DNA of 64,000 nucleotides, taken from the NCBI GenBank assembly GCA_964624855.1, contig CAZUZW010000001.1, positions 13,675 through 77,674 on the forward strand. The letters are read 5' to 3'. Position numbers and translations under genes: made by a program. Each line of letters opens with the position of its first letter. Within the stretch, counting starts at the first letter, position 1. Below the pieces are notes generated by a model, which was not told where the DNA came from, searched no databases, and saw nothing but the letters and a program-made list of their open reading frames with translations. Source of the DNA: an uncultured Vicinamibacteraceae bacterium. Its GTDB lineage: Bacteria; Acidobacteriota; Vicinamibacteria; Vicinamibacterales; UBA8438. Below, piece by piece: positions 1 to 9,715 of this stretch.

Positions 1-1422
1 GATAGCGATCGTTTGGCACCGCATGTTCGGTATGCGGACCAAGCTATTGGCCTGCGTGCTGATTCACCAGACGATACCTATCTTGACATCAAAAAGTTGC
101 TTGACGCTGCTCATCAAACCGGGGCAGAAATGGTGCATCCTGGATACGGATTTCTCGCTGAGAACGCTGAATTTGCCACTGCCTGTTTAGACGCAGGACT
201 TAAGTTTGTAGGCCCTCCGCCGGAGGTCATTGCTCTGATGGGAGGCAAAACGAGCGCTCGGTTGGCGGCTAAGAAGGCCGGCGTACCTGTCGTGCCTGGT
301 ACTGAATCACCCCTAGATGTCTCCTCTGCGGAGCATGCAGTCTTGGAAACAGCCAAAAATATTGGCTATCCACTTTTCGTAAAAGCTGTTGCGGGTGGCG
401 GGGGAAAGGGAATGCGCTTGGTAAAAGAGTCTTCCGAGTTAATTGGCGCGGTCCAGACTGCCCGTTCAGAAGCTCAAGGTGCATTCGGTGATTCAGCGGT
501 TTATCTGGAACGTTCTGTGAATCCGGCCCGCCACATTGAGGTGCAGATAATGGCCGACAACCACGGACGGGTTGTGCCGTTTGTCGAACGCGAATGTTCG
601 GTACAGCGTCGGCACCAGAAGGTAATTGAAGAAACCCCTTCACCTGTCGTTAGCGAGGAAACCCGCCAAGGGTTAGCTGCGGCTGCTCGTGCCCTTGCTG
701 AGGGTGTGGGCTATGTCAACGCGGGAACCGTTGAATTTCTTCTAGATAACGAAGAGAAATTTTACTTTTTGGAAATGAACACCCGACTACAAGTGGAGCA
801 TCCGATAACAGAGATGGTCACGGGCATCGATCTTGTTCACTGTCAGCTTCGTGTTGCGGCCGGTGAGGCGTTGAATCTTGACTCCGAGAAGGCAATCAAG
901 CCTCACGGGCACGCTATCGAGTGTCGGGTCTACGCGGAAGATCCCGAAGTGGGTTTTATCCCATCTCCTGGCCGTATTACGAGGCTTGTCCAGCCGTCGG
1001 GACCTGGAATTCGGGACGACAGCGGTGTCGACGCCGGTTTCACAGTGCCAGTGTTTTACGACTCGATGATCTCAAAACTTGTTGCGTGGGCCCCCGATCG
1101 AAATCAAGCCATTGAACGAATGAGGCGAGCATTGGGCGAATATCAAATTGAGGGTGTCAAAACGACGCTACCGTTCTTTCGTTGGATGCTTCGACAACCC
1201 ACTTTCTTGGAGGGGAATGTCGATACCGCATTTCTAGACCAACTTCTGGGGGATAGGCAGCGTGGCAGTTTTTCCGTGGTCACCAGTGAGGCTGAGGAGC
1301 AAGTTGTGTTAGCGGCTGCGGTCCACACATTTTTGACGACCAAAAATAGCTCGTATGAATCATTGCCGACCCAGGACTCCGGTATATGGCGTCGGATCGC
1401 ACGAGGGGAAAGTCTTCGATGA
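1..1422 (+). CDS. accC: Biotin carboxylase subunit of a biotin-dependent acyl-CoA carboxylase (5' end lies off-window)
   Basis: Frame 1 is open from nt 1 (DSDRLAPHVRYADQAIGL...); the track ORF at 13 only begins at an internal TTG. ATP-grasp biotin carboxylase hallmarks are present: HPGYGFLAENAEFA, the GGGGKGMR glycine loop and EMNTRLQVEHPITE. The C-terminus extends about 50 aa beyond a typical AccC. Confidence 0.9.
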   Translation, partial: DSDRLAPHVRYADQAIGLRADSPDDTYLDIKKLLDAAHQTGAEMVHPGYGFLAENAEFATACLDAGLKFVGPPPEVIALMGGKTSARLAAKKAGVPVVPGTESPLDVSSAEHAVLETAKNIGYPLFVKAVAGGGGKGMRLVKESSELIGAVQTARSEAQGAFGDSAVYLERSVNPARHIEVQIMADNHGRVVPFVERECSVQRRHQKVIEETPSPVVSEETRQGLAAAARALAEGVGYVNAGTVEFLLDNEEKFYFLEMNTRLQVEHPITEMVTGIDLVHCQLRVAAGEALNLDSEKAIKPHGHAIECRVYAEDPEVGFIPSPGRITRLVQPSGPGIRDDSGVDAGFTVPVFYDSMISKLVAWAPDRNQAIERMRRALGEYQIEGVKTTLPFFRWMLRQPTFLEGNVDTAFLDQLLGDRQRGSFSVVTSEAEEQVVLAAAVHTFLTTKNSSYESLPTQDSGIWRRIARGESLR

Positions 1423-1949
1423 CAGCGCCCAGACCGATCGAAATCGAGGTCGCGGGAAAGCTGTATAGCGTGACCGTGGAACCAATTTCAACGGTGGCCG
1501 GTCACTTCCGCGTAATTTGGGGTGAGAATGAGTACGTCATCAATGCTGGCCGACTGGACTCGCAGACTTTGTCGTTGATAGAAGTTGGAAAGAATAATTC
1601 AAGCATTGAAGCACGAATAGTGGACTTCGGGAGTCGAGGCGACCTTAACGTTACGATCAACGGCTTGTCGCAACGTGTCAGAGTTAACCAAGGACCGCGA
1701 GTTGTTAGTGGCGATAATGGTGATACGTTGGTGGGACAGAACGAAGTTGTTGCACCGATGCCAGGAAGAGTAGCAAGGTTGCTGGTTCAAGTAGGGGATA
1801 TGGTTGCAGCTAACCAGAGTGTTGTTGTTGTCGAAGCGATGAAGATGGAGAACGAAATTTCGACTGAACGAGCTGGTACCGTTAAACAAATCTTGACCTC
1901 GGAAGGGGCATCTGTGGATGCAGGAACCGTGCTTCTCGTAGTTGAATAA
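1419..1949 (+). CDS. Biotin carboxyl carrier (biotinyl/lipoyl domain) protein with an extra N-terminal domain
   Basis: C-terminal biotinylation motif VEAMKMENEI. ATG at 1419 overlaps the accC stop (ATGA, 1419-1422) and is preceded by GAGGGGAAAG. The track start at 1386 would overlap accC by 37 nt. Confidence 0.8.
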   Translation: MTAPRPIEIEVAGKLYSVTVEPISTVAGHFRVIWGENEYVINAGRLDSQTLSLIEVGKNNSSIEARIVDFGSRGDLNVTINGLSQRVRVNQGPRVVSGDNGDTLVGQNEVVAPMPGRVARLLVQVGDMVAANQSVVVVEAMKMENEISTERAGTVKQILTSEGASVDAGTVLLVVE

Positions 1950-1963
1950 TTGAGTGCGAACAT

Positions 1964-4900
1964 ATGAGTGACGAACAGTCAACGTCATCTGAATCGTCGT
2001 CGACGAACAGTACCAGTGTGTCGTGGTCAACGCGGTGGCGGCGTCTATCTCTAGTCCAGTATCTACCTCTCAAGTTTCGCCGGTATGCTGGCCGATTGGT
2101 TCTTGCTGGTGTTGCGCTGATTGCCGCAGTATTGGTGTCCGTAGTTACGGTCGATTTAGGTCCTGCTGTGAGGGCACAAGCCGAACGAGCTGCATCAACT
2201 CAGCTCGACCGACCTGTGCATATCGGTCGCCTTGGCACTTATTTGCTTCCTGGGAGGTTCCTAGTTGAGGACTTGGTTATCGAAGGGTTGTCACCTAGGG
2301 ACGAACCGTTTTTTACGGCCGATCAGATTATCGTGTCGACCTCGTGGCTAGCTTTACTTCGAGGTGAGATTCTTGTTGATGACGTTGAAATAGGTCCTTG
2401 GCGAATGGTTGCGGAAAGTTTTCAAGATGGTCGGCAGAGTTTTCCTCGGTTCGTGGTCCAAGAAGAAACTCGAGCTGAGGCGGCTATTGATGATGAAGAT
2501 GTAGTTTTAGACCAAAATAATGGTCGACGTATTGTGACGACTGTCCAGAGACTTCTCGCGCATGACGGCGAGTTTATTTACCGCGACCACAATGTTCCGT
2601 GGAATGTGACCGCTAGAAATGTCGACATGACGATGGCTAAGGGCGACAACTATGGCGGGGAAGTGTCGTTTACTGACGGTTTGGTAGAAATCATGGCATT
2701 TGAGCCAATGACGGCCAAGATGCGTGCCGACTATGAACTAGATGGTGGTGACGTGAATTTGTCTCAGATCGACTTGACGATGGACGGGTTTTATTCGGAT
2801 CTCACTGGACTAGTTGACCTTGCAAATTGGCCAGAACAGACATACCAAATTGTGGATTCGGATATTGATCTGCCCACGATGAAGGATATTTTCTTTGCCG
2901 ACGACCCCTTCACAGTTACTGGTGATGCTCGTTTCGTTGGGGCGTGGCACATCTTTGATGGTGGCCGTGAACTGACGGGGCAGTTTCAGAGCGATGACTG
3001 GACACTGAATGGGTTGGCGTTTCCAGGCACGAATGGCTCCTTAGTTTGGACACGAGATAGGTTCGAAGTTTTCGACTATGTGTCTGGGTTTTACGGTGGT
3101 GATGCTCGATTGACGTATTTGATGGCTCCGCTTGGCACTAGCCAGCAGGGCATGGCAACCCTCGATACTGTAGTCACGAATGTTGATGTTTTCGCTTTGT
3201 CAGAAGCCGTGGCATTGGCCGGCGTGAGGCCAGCAGGATCGGTCAGTGGACATAATCTACTTCGTTGGCCACTGGGTCAGTTTGACAGTCATACCGGCAC
3301 AGGACGTCTTGAGGTCACGGCACCGAGTGGATCTTCTCCGCTGATGACTCCCCAGGCAACGGGCAACAATCCGGCTGCAATTGGGTCATACGCCGCCGTC
3401 GAATTTTTACCGAGTGGCGAGCCTTGGATGTTTCCAGTCGGAGGTGAGGTCACCTACACGATCAAACCTGACTGGATTGAGATTGCACCGAGCCGATTGG
3501 CCACACCGGCAACCTGTATCGAGTTTGAAGGTAAGACGGCCTTTGGTGAGGAATCCAACATACCGTTCAAGGTATCTAGCATCGACTGGCAGGAAAGCGA
3601 TCGATTGATGTCCGCCTTCATGACTGCCTTTGGCCGTGAGACCAATGAGTTCTCGATTGGTGGTCGAGGTCACCTAAATGGAGTCATGTTGGGAACATTT
3701 TCTCGACCTCGGATTGAGGCTACTTTTGACGGTGTGGCGATCGAAGCATGGAATGCATCTTGGGGTCGTGGCACGGGTCGCGTAGTTGTTGAAAATTCTT
3801 ATCTTGACGTGGTTGATGGCGTTTTTGACCAAACTGGGGCGGTTGTTCATGTGGATGGGCGATTCGCTATTGGTTTTCCGAGGGTTGATGGCGGTGAAGA
3901 AATCAATGCTCGATTTGATCTGGTTTCGTTTCCTGCCCAGCGTTTGCGCGATGTCTTTTTAATTGATGGATATGCGATTAATGGTCCCCTTACCGGTGAG
4001 ATTCATCTGTATGGCTACTACCGGGAGCCGTTCGGTTTTGGAAGTTTGAGCCTCGCGGAACCAGAAGCATGGGGTGAACCCTTTGACTTTGCAGCGGCTG
4101 GTCTTCGGTTCGAGGGGGCCGGTGTCAGAATGGATGGCTTGGAAATTGATAAGGGGAGTGGCCAGCTTACAGGCGCTACTTACATTAGATGGGACGGAAC
4201 TTATTCGTTCAATATCGATGGCCGAGATATCCCCCTGGAATCAATTCGAGGTTTTGGCGTTACCCGTGCGCGATTGGGTGGAAGTGCAACGTTTGCAGCT
4301 AGCGGAGCCGGGGTGTTGGCTGACCCCAGCTATCAGCTTCGTGGTGCCATCAGCGACCTCAGTGTTAATGATGAGATTGTGGGACAGTTGTCTGGTCGTG
4401 TGAACGTCCGCGAGGGTCTGATGGGGATTGAAGTCGAAGCTGGGTCACCAAGTTTGGCAATCTCGGGTTCTGGGCGTGTCGACCTGTCTTCTGATAATGA
4501 CGCTGATTTACTTTTGCGTTTTACCAACACGACATTAGACCCTTATGTTCGTGCATATACCTCAGTGGTGCCTCAGGCGGCGTCAATGGTGGTTTCAGGC
4601 ACGCTTCAGGTGACGGGGCACTTGCAAAATATTGACTCGCTTCTCATGCGAGCTACTGTTGAGCAGCTTGAACTGGGTGTTTTTGACTACCTGGTCAGGA
4701 ATCAGGATCCGGTTGAACTCGTGCTTGACGACAACGTTCTTCAGGTTCAACACATGAATCTTGTTGGGGAAGGGACCGCGCTCAATGTGTTCGGCGACGT
4801 TGATTTGGTTGATGAACAGATCGGATTGCGTGCTGAAGGCGATGCGAATCTTAGGTTTTTACAAGGATTTTTCCCCGATCTTCGCAGCTCCGGGACGGGA

Positions 4901-6148
4901 CACTTGATTGCTGATATCACCGGAACATTTCGCCAGCCAGTTATCGTGGGTAATACCACTGTTGCGGGCGGTCGGGTTAGACATCTTTCCCTTCCCCACA
5001 GTCTTGAGGATATTGGTGGCGAAATTGTATTCGAGCCGAACGGTATTCGCTTCGATGCTCTGAGTGGTGTGATGGCCGATGGCCAGGTCCAGTTTGGCGG
5101 ACGAGTTGGACTCAGGGGCTACGAGCTTACAGAACTGAACATCACCGCCACGGCGGCAGAGATGAAGCTCAGGTTCCCAGAAGGTATCCGTTCTGTAGTT
5201 GACGCGGAGCTAACACTTGGTGGCGAGATCGATGACGCCGTACTGACTGGTCGCGTCGACGTTCGAGACGCAGTGTGGCTGAATTTGTTTGAGCCGAGCA
5301 CGGAATTTTTGAGTTTTGCGAATCCAGACAGTGTGGTAGTTCAACAGTCTGTCGAGTCAACCTTGCCGCTGAGATACGACGTGCGTATCGTTGCTCCTTC
5401 GAGTTTACGTATCAGTGACAATACCGCTCGCATCGTGTCGAGTGCTGAGTTGACCTTATCTGGGACCTTCGATCAACCGCTTCTTTTGGGTAATGCCGAG
5501 ATTGAGCGAGGGGAAGTATTTTTTGAGGGAAATCGCTACCGGGTTACGCGTGGCAGCATAGCGTTCACCGACCCGACGTCGACTGAACCGTTCTTCGACA
5601 TCGAGGCTGAGACTGATATTCGTGTGCCTGGCCAGACCTATCGGGTTACGATCGGCGTCAGTGGAACCATGGATCGGCTCGATCCTGAATTGTCGTCAGA
5701 TCCGCCATTGCAAGAAACGGAAATTCTGTCGCTTTTGCTCGGTGACATTCGGGATCCTCAAGCGGCTGAGATTCGGGCGTTACGAGCCCAAGAAGCGTCC
5801 CGCCAAGAACTTCTGCAAGCTGGCGCGGCACGTCTGTTGACTAGCCCAATTTCCTCTGGTGTTGGCCGTGTTGTGGAAGAGTCTTTCGGTGTTGATTCAT
5901 TTGAAATAACTCCAGCCCTGGACCCTGCGACGCTGCAGTCAACTCAGTTGTTACCGACGGCGAGGTTGTTAATCGGAAAACGTATTTCGAGCCGAGCCCA
6001 TGTCACGTTTTCTCGGGCGGTGAGCGGTGCTAATCAAGATTTGATTGTCGTACTTGAGTACGACCAAAATGATCGCCTTTCTTGGATTGTGTCACAGAAT
6101 GAAGATCGGACCTACGCACTCGATTTCCGGGTGCGCCATGCCTTCTGA
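1964..6148 (+). CDS. tamB: TamB/AsmA-like translocation and assembly module protein (DUF490 C-terminus)
   Basis: 1394 aa with a single N-terminal TM anchor (LVLAGVALIAAVLVSVVTV) and a long beta-rich body. The DUF490-type C-terminus reads ...FFDIEAETDIRV...LSSDPPLQETEILSLLLG...ALDFRVRHAF. Its stop overlaps the bamA start (TGATG). Confidence 0.7.
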   Translation: MSDEQSTSSESSSTNSTSVSWSTRWRRLSLVQYLPLKFRRYAGRLVLAGVALIAAVLVSVVTVDLGPAVRAQAERAASTQLDRPVHIGRLGTYLLPGRFLVEDLVIEGLSPRDEPFFTADQIIVSTSWLALLRGEILVDDVEIGPWRMVAESFQDGRQSFPRFVVQEETRAEAAIDDEDVVLDQNNGRRIVTTVQRLLAHDGEFIYRDHNVPWNVTARNVDMTMAKGDNYGGEVSFTDGLVEIMAFEPMTAKMRADYELDGGDVNLSQIDLTMDGFYSDLTGLVDLANWPEQTYQIVDSDIDLPTMKDIFFADDPFTVTGDARFVGAWHIFDGGRELTGQFQSDDWTLNGLAFPGTNGSLVWTRDRFEVFDYVSGFYGGDARLTYLMAPLGTSQQGMATLDTVVTNVDVFALSEAVALAGVRPAGSVSGHNLLRWPLGQFDSHTGTGRLEVTAPSGSSPLMTPQATGNNPAAIGSYAAVEFLPSGEPWMFPVGGEVTYTIKPDWIEIAPSRLATPATCIEFEGKTAFGEESNIPFKVSSIDWQESDRLMSAFMTAFGRETNEFSIGGRGHLNGVMLGTFSRPRIEATFDGVAIEAWNASWGRGTGRVVVENSYLDVVDGVFDQTGAVVHVDGRFAIGFPRVDGGEEINARFDLVSFPAQRLRDVFLIDGYAINGPLTGEIHLYGYYREPFGFGSLSLAEPEAWGEPFDFAAAGLRFEGAGVRMDGLEIDKGSGQLTGATYIRWDGTYSFNIDGRDIPLESIRGFGVTRARLGGSATFAASGAGVLADPSYQLRGAISDLSVNDEIVGQLSGRVNVREGLMGIEVEAGSPSLAISGSGRVDLSSDNDADLLLRFTNTTLDPYVRAYTSVVPQAASMVVSGTLQVTGHLQNIDSLLMRATVEQLELGVFDYLVRNQDPVELVLDDNVLQVQHMNLVGEGTALNVFGDVDLVDEQIGLRAEGDANLRFLQGFFPDLRSSGTGHLIADITGTFRQPVIVGNTTVAGGRVRHLSLPHSLEDIGGEIVFEPNGIRFDALSGVMADGQVQFGGRVGLRGYELTELNITATAAEMKLRFPEGIRSVVDAELTLGGEIDDAVLTGRVDVRDAVWLNLFEPSTEFLSFANPDSVVVQQSVESTLPLRYDVRIVAPSSLRISDNTARIVSSAELTLSGTFDQPLLLGNAEIERGEVFFEGNRYRVTRGSIAFTDPTSTEPFFDIEAETDIRVPGQTYRVTIGVSGTMDRLDPELSSDPPLQETEILSLLLGDIRDPQAAEIRALRAQEASRQELLQAGAARLLTSPISSGVGRVVEESFGVDSFEITPALDPATLQSTQLLPTARLLIGKRISSRAHVTFSRAVSGANQDLIVVLEYDQNDRLSWIVSQNEDRTYALDFRVRHAF

Positions 6149-9105
6149 TGCATGCCACGAAGAAGTGTTTGTTGAAAGGGGCGCTGGTCGTCAGCTTTGT
6201 TGTTGCAGGTTCTTTTTCAGCGAACGCCTCCCAGATTGACCAATTAGTTGGCGAAATTGTCAGCGATGTCACACTTGTCAGAGAGGGGCGAGTTCTTCAA
6301 GATCCGTCGGTTTTGGAACTTGTTGAAACAAAAGTCGATCAACCACTTTCGATGCGACAGGTTCGTGAGAGCCTGAGCCATCTATTCAGCCTTGGCGTCT
6401 TCGAAGACGTTCAGGTTGTTGCTGGTCTAGGTTCGTCCGGGCTGTCTCTGCGGTACGATCTTCAACCGCTTGTCGTGATCGATCGGATCGAGTTCGAAGG
6501 CGATATTGAGATCTCCACTGGTGAACTTCGCGATGCAATGCGACAGTCTCACGGGGCGTCTTTTGAAGCCAGTATGGTTGAATCAGCAACCCGCACTATT
6601 CAAGATGTCTATCAGTCAAGGGGATTTTTTCAGTCTAGTGTGTCCACGCGGCTAGAAAGAACGGGTTCCGGACGCACACTTTATGTCGCGGTTGAACCTG
6701 GGCCACGGGCTCTGATTGCCCAGATCTTTGTCACGGGTATTTCGTCTACTTTGTATTCCTTCACACTCAACCGACTTGATCTCGAAGTAGGGCAAGTCTA
6801 TGACGGTAACGTCGTTGACGAACGATTAATTGACTACGAAGATGACCTCAGGCAAGAGCGTTACTATGAGGCAGATTTAAGTCACTCGATTGAGGTCAGT
6901 CCAGCAGGCGACCGAGTTGACCTGAGATTGAATATCCGGCGTGGGCCACGCATTGACGTCATGCTTGCTGGCGACAACGTTCCCGGTGCTGATTTAGCTG
7001 AACTGGTTCCCGTTGAACGAGAAGGCTCGGTTGATGAAGACCTTTTAGAAGATGCTGACCGAAGAATTGAAGGGCTTCTCACAGGACTAGGATACCGAGA
7101 TGCCACCGTCCTTCACAGTCGCGAGAGTGCGGATGAAGACCTTGCGATCGTTTTTATGGTTAACCGGGGGCAACTATATGAAATTGGAGAGGTAGTGATC
7201 AGCGGTCATGTTTCCGTGTCATATCCAGAATTGCAGGAACTGATTGACTTGCCGGTTGGCCGCCCCCTAATTACGAGTGAACTTGATACGGCAGTTTCCT
7301 TGATCACAGAACATTACAGTCGACTGGGGTTTGCGACGGTTTTAGTAGAGCCGGTAGTTACGCAGATGGATAACTCAGGACAGACAAATGGTGAGGTAAA
7401 AGTACTTTGCGAGATCAAAATTACCGAAGGTGTATTGACGCGAGTGCAATCAGTCACGATAGAAGGAGATCGACAGTTGCCTCGACAAGTCTTGGAGACG
7501 GCTATTCGGTCGCGCGTCGGTGAGCCGTATTATCCACAGCAAGTCGTTTTGGACCGAGATGCCGTTCGCCTTCTGTATTTAAACGCAGGATTTGAACGCG
7601 TAGTCGTCACAGTCGAGCCGCAGTTCGATGACAGTTTGGAAACCGTTGACTTGGTTTATCGGGTAATTGAGGGGCCCCAAGTCATGATCGAACACGTGTT
7701 GATTGTTGGAAACAATACGATTGAATCTGCAGCAATCAGACGGGAAGTCACCCTGCGTGCCGGTGAACCCTTGAGTTTAGTCGAGGTTGCAGAGACTAGA
7801 CGTCAACTCAATGCGCTTGGACTTTTTCGAAGGATTGATATTCGAGAGTTTAGTCATGGCGGTCGAGACCTACGCGATGTAGTGGTGATTGTCGATGAAG
7901 CACCGGCTACTAGGATCGGATACGGCGGTGGGCTTGAGGCTTCGGTTCGACTGCGGCGTGAGACTGACTTAGAGGGGAGTCAAGCAGTTGAGCGGCTTGA
8001 GTTTGCACCAAGGGGGTTTTTTCAGATTGGTCGGCAAAACCTCTGGGGTAAGAACCGTTCGATCAATCTTTTCACTCGCGTGAGTCTGCGCCGACAAAAT
8101 GATCCAGTACGGCTGCAGATAGGGCAAGGAGTTAACAGTCTTGGGTTTAATGAATACCGCGTGCTCAGCACGTTTCAAGAACCGCGTGTGATGGGGACCA
8201 ATTGGGACGGTTTCATTACGGGTTTTATAGAGCAAGCTATCCGACCTGGATTTGACTTGTTTAGCCGAGGCGTTAATGCCCAGATCGCACGTCAGTTTAC
8301 CTCCACGATAACCGCGTCCGTTGATTACGGTTGGGGGCAAAACAATACTTCGAACAAGGCACTGAACCCTGAAGACGAACCGTTGGTCGACCGACTGTTT
8401 CCGCAGGTCCGATTATCCACTTTTTCTGGGAGCGTGGCTCGTGACACTAGAGACGATCCAGCGGATCCTAGGCGCGGTGAAGTGCTTAGCGTAGATGCTG
8501 AGGTGGCTGGTCGAACTATCGGGTCAGAGGTTGGATTTGTCAAGACGTTCATGCAGGCCTTTGTCTATCGAGAAATTCCAGGAGCGTCACGCTTTGTCGT
8601 TGCTGCCGGCGCGCGAGTCGGTCTTGCAAGGGCATTTATGAGATCGGTTGATTTTCTTGATCCACAAAACAAATCGATTGCAGTTCTCGGGTCTCCGGTT
8701 GAGCTCCAGGTAGGTGAGTTACCACTTAGTGAAAGATTTTTTACGGGCGGTGATACCACTGTTCGAGGATTCGCACTGGACCGACTTGGTGATGACGACA
8801 CAATCGATCAAGATGGATTCCCGCAAGGCGGTAATGCAGCGCTAATTTTTAACGCTGAATTACGCACCAGAGTTACTAGAACAATAGACCTCGTTGGATT
8901 CTTGGACGCTGGTAATGTTTATAACCGTGTCAGTACGGTCAGTCTGTCTCGTATAAGGGCTGGCGCTGGGTTCGGTGTACGATATCGTTCGCCGGTTGGT
9001 CCAATTCGCGTTGATCTGGGTTTCAAGCTGGACCGCCAAAATTTTGACAATGGTGACTTGGAGCGACTCACAGCCCTTCATATCAGTATCGGGCAAGCGT
9101 TCTAG
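6148..9105 (+). CDS. bamA: Outer membrane protein assembly factor BamA (Omp85 family), long form
   Basis: Signal peptide, repeated POTRA-like modules, and an Omp85 barrel starting near ATRIGYGGGLEASV. The C-terminus ends ...HISIGQAF with a terminal Phe. 985 aa. Confidence 0.85.
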   Translation: MHATKKCLLKGALVVSFVVAGSFSANASQIDQLVGEIVSDVTLVREGRVLQDPSVLELVETKVDQPLSMRQVRESLSHLFSLGVFEDVQVVAGLGSSGLSLRYDLQPLVVIDRIEFEGDIEISTGELRDAMRQSHGASFEASMVESATRTIQDVYQSRGFFQSSVSTRLERTGSGRTLYVAVEPGPRALIAQIFVTGISSTLYSFTLNRLDLEVGQVYDGNVVDERLIDYEDDLRQERYYEADLSHSIEVSPAGDRVDLRLNIRRGPRIDVMLAGDNVPGADLAELVPVEREGSVDEDLLEDADRRIEGLLTGLGYRDATVLHSRESADEDLAIVFMVNRGQLYEIGEVVISGHVSVSYPELQELIDLPVGRPLITSELDTAVSLITEHYSRLGFATVLVEPVVTQMDNSGQTNGEVKVLCEIKITEGVLTRVQSVTIEGDRQLPRQVLETAIRSRVGEPYYPQQVVLDRDAVRLLYLNAGFERVVVTVEPQFDDSLETVDLVYRVIEGPQVMIEHVLIVGNNTIESAAIRREVTLRAGEPLSLVEVAETRRQLNALGLFRRIDIREFSHGGRDLRDVVVIVDEAPATRIGYGGGLEASVRLRRETDLEGSQAVERLEFAPRGFFQIGRQNLWGKNRSINLFTRVSLRRQNDPVRLQIGQGVNSLGFNEYRVLSTFQEPRVMGTNWDGFITGFIEQAIRPGFDLFSRGVNAQIARQFTSTITASVDYGWGQNNTSNKALNPEDEPLVDRLFPQVRLSTFSGSVARDTRDDPADPRRGEVLSVDAEVAGRTIGSEVGFVKTFMQAFVYREIPGASRFVVAAGARVGLARAFMRSVDFLDPQNKSIAVLGSPVELQVGELPLSERFFTGGDTTVRGFALDRLGDDDTIDQDGFPQGGNAALIFNAELRTRVTRTIDLVGFLDAGNVYNRVSTVSLSRIRAGAGFGVRYRSPVGPIRVDLGFKLDRQNFDNGDLERLTALHISIGQAF

Positions 9106-9157
9106 CCGCGACCGCGCACATCCTCGGTTTCACGGCTCGCTTTGTTCGGTTCTGGCT

Positions 9158-9670
9158 ATGGCAACTCTGCTGTCTCTAGTTTCTTCTGTTGCTGTTATTG
9201 CCCAGGCTGTGACACTTGACAGAATTCTGGCGATTGTCAATGGCCAGGTTATAACCCACTCTGATGTCCGGGCCTTTATCGATCTGCGTCTTGTAGATAT
9301 CCAGGATGGGCCAGTTCCGGAAGTTGAAGTGCTGAATTTCTTGATCGAGCGTCGGGTCGTTCTGGATGAGGTTAACAGGTTTGTAATCACTGAACCGACT
9401 TCCGTTGCTGTTGACCGGCGCCTAGACCTTCTGCTGAACCAATTGCCCGATGGGTTGGAACTCAATTTGGTTCTTGATCGTGTTGGTCTAACAGTTGGTG
9501 ACCTCCGCCAACTTCTTGCTGATGAGATTCGCCGTGAAGTTTATTTGGTAGATCGTTTCGGCGTGACAGGAGATGAACGTCGTCAAGTGGCGGAAGCCGA
9601 CTGGGTGGCAGAGTTAGTCCGTCGTGCCCAAGTTAGGCGTGTGGTAGAACCGCCGGACATTCGGGAATAG
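9158..9670 (+). CDS. Small periplasmic SurA N-terminal-domain-like chaperone (no PPIase domain)
   Basis: ATG at 9158 gives a signal peptide MATLLSLVSSVAVIAQA. The following LDRILAIVNGQVITHSDV...FLIERRVVLDEV pattern is typical of the SurA_N domain. The track start at 8975 lies inside bamA. No SD was seen. Confidence 0.5.
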   Translation: MATLLSLVSSVAVIAQAVTLDRILAIVNGQVITHSDVRAFIDLRLVDIQDGPVPEVEVLNFLIERRVVLDEVNRFVITEPTSVAVDRRLDLLLNQLPDGLELNLVLDRVGLTVGDLRQLLADEIRREVYLVDRFGVTGDERRQVAEADWVAELVRRAQVRRVVEPPDIRE

Positions 9671-9715
9671 TTATTGAGGCTGTGAACGAGGGTGATGTCG
9701 ACAGGTTAGGCGATA

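Noticed and set aside
8975-9157. N-terminal 61 codons of track ORF 8975-9670, overlapping the 3' end of bamA.
   Set aside because: This stretch is out of frame within bamA and has no signal-peptide logic. ATG at 9158 yields a clean signal peptide right after the bamA stop.
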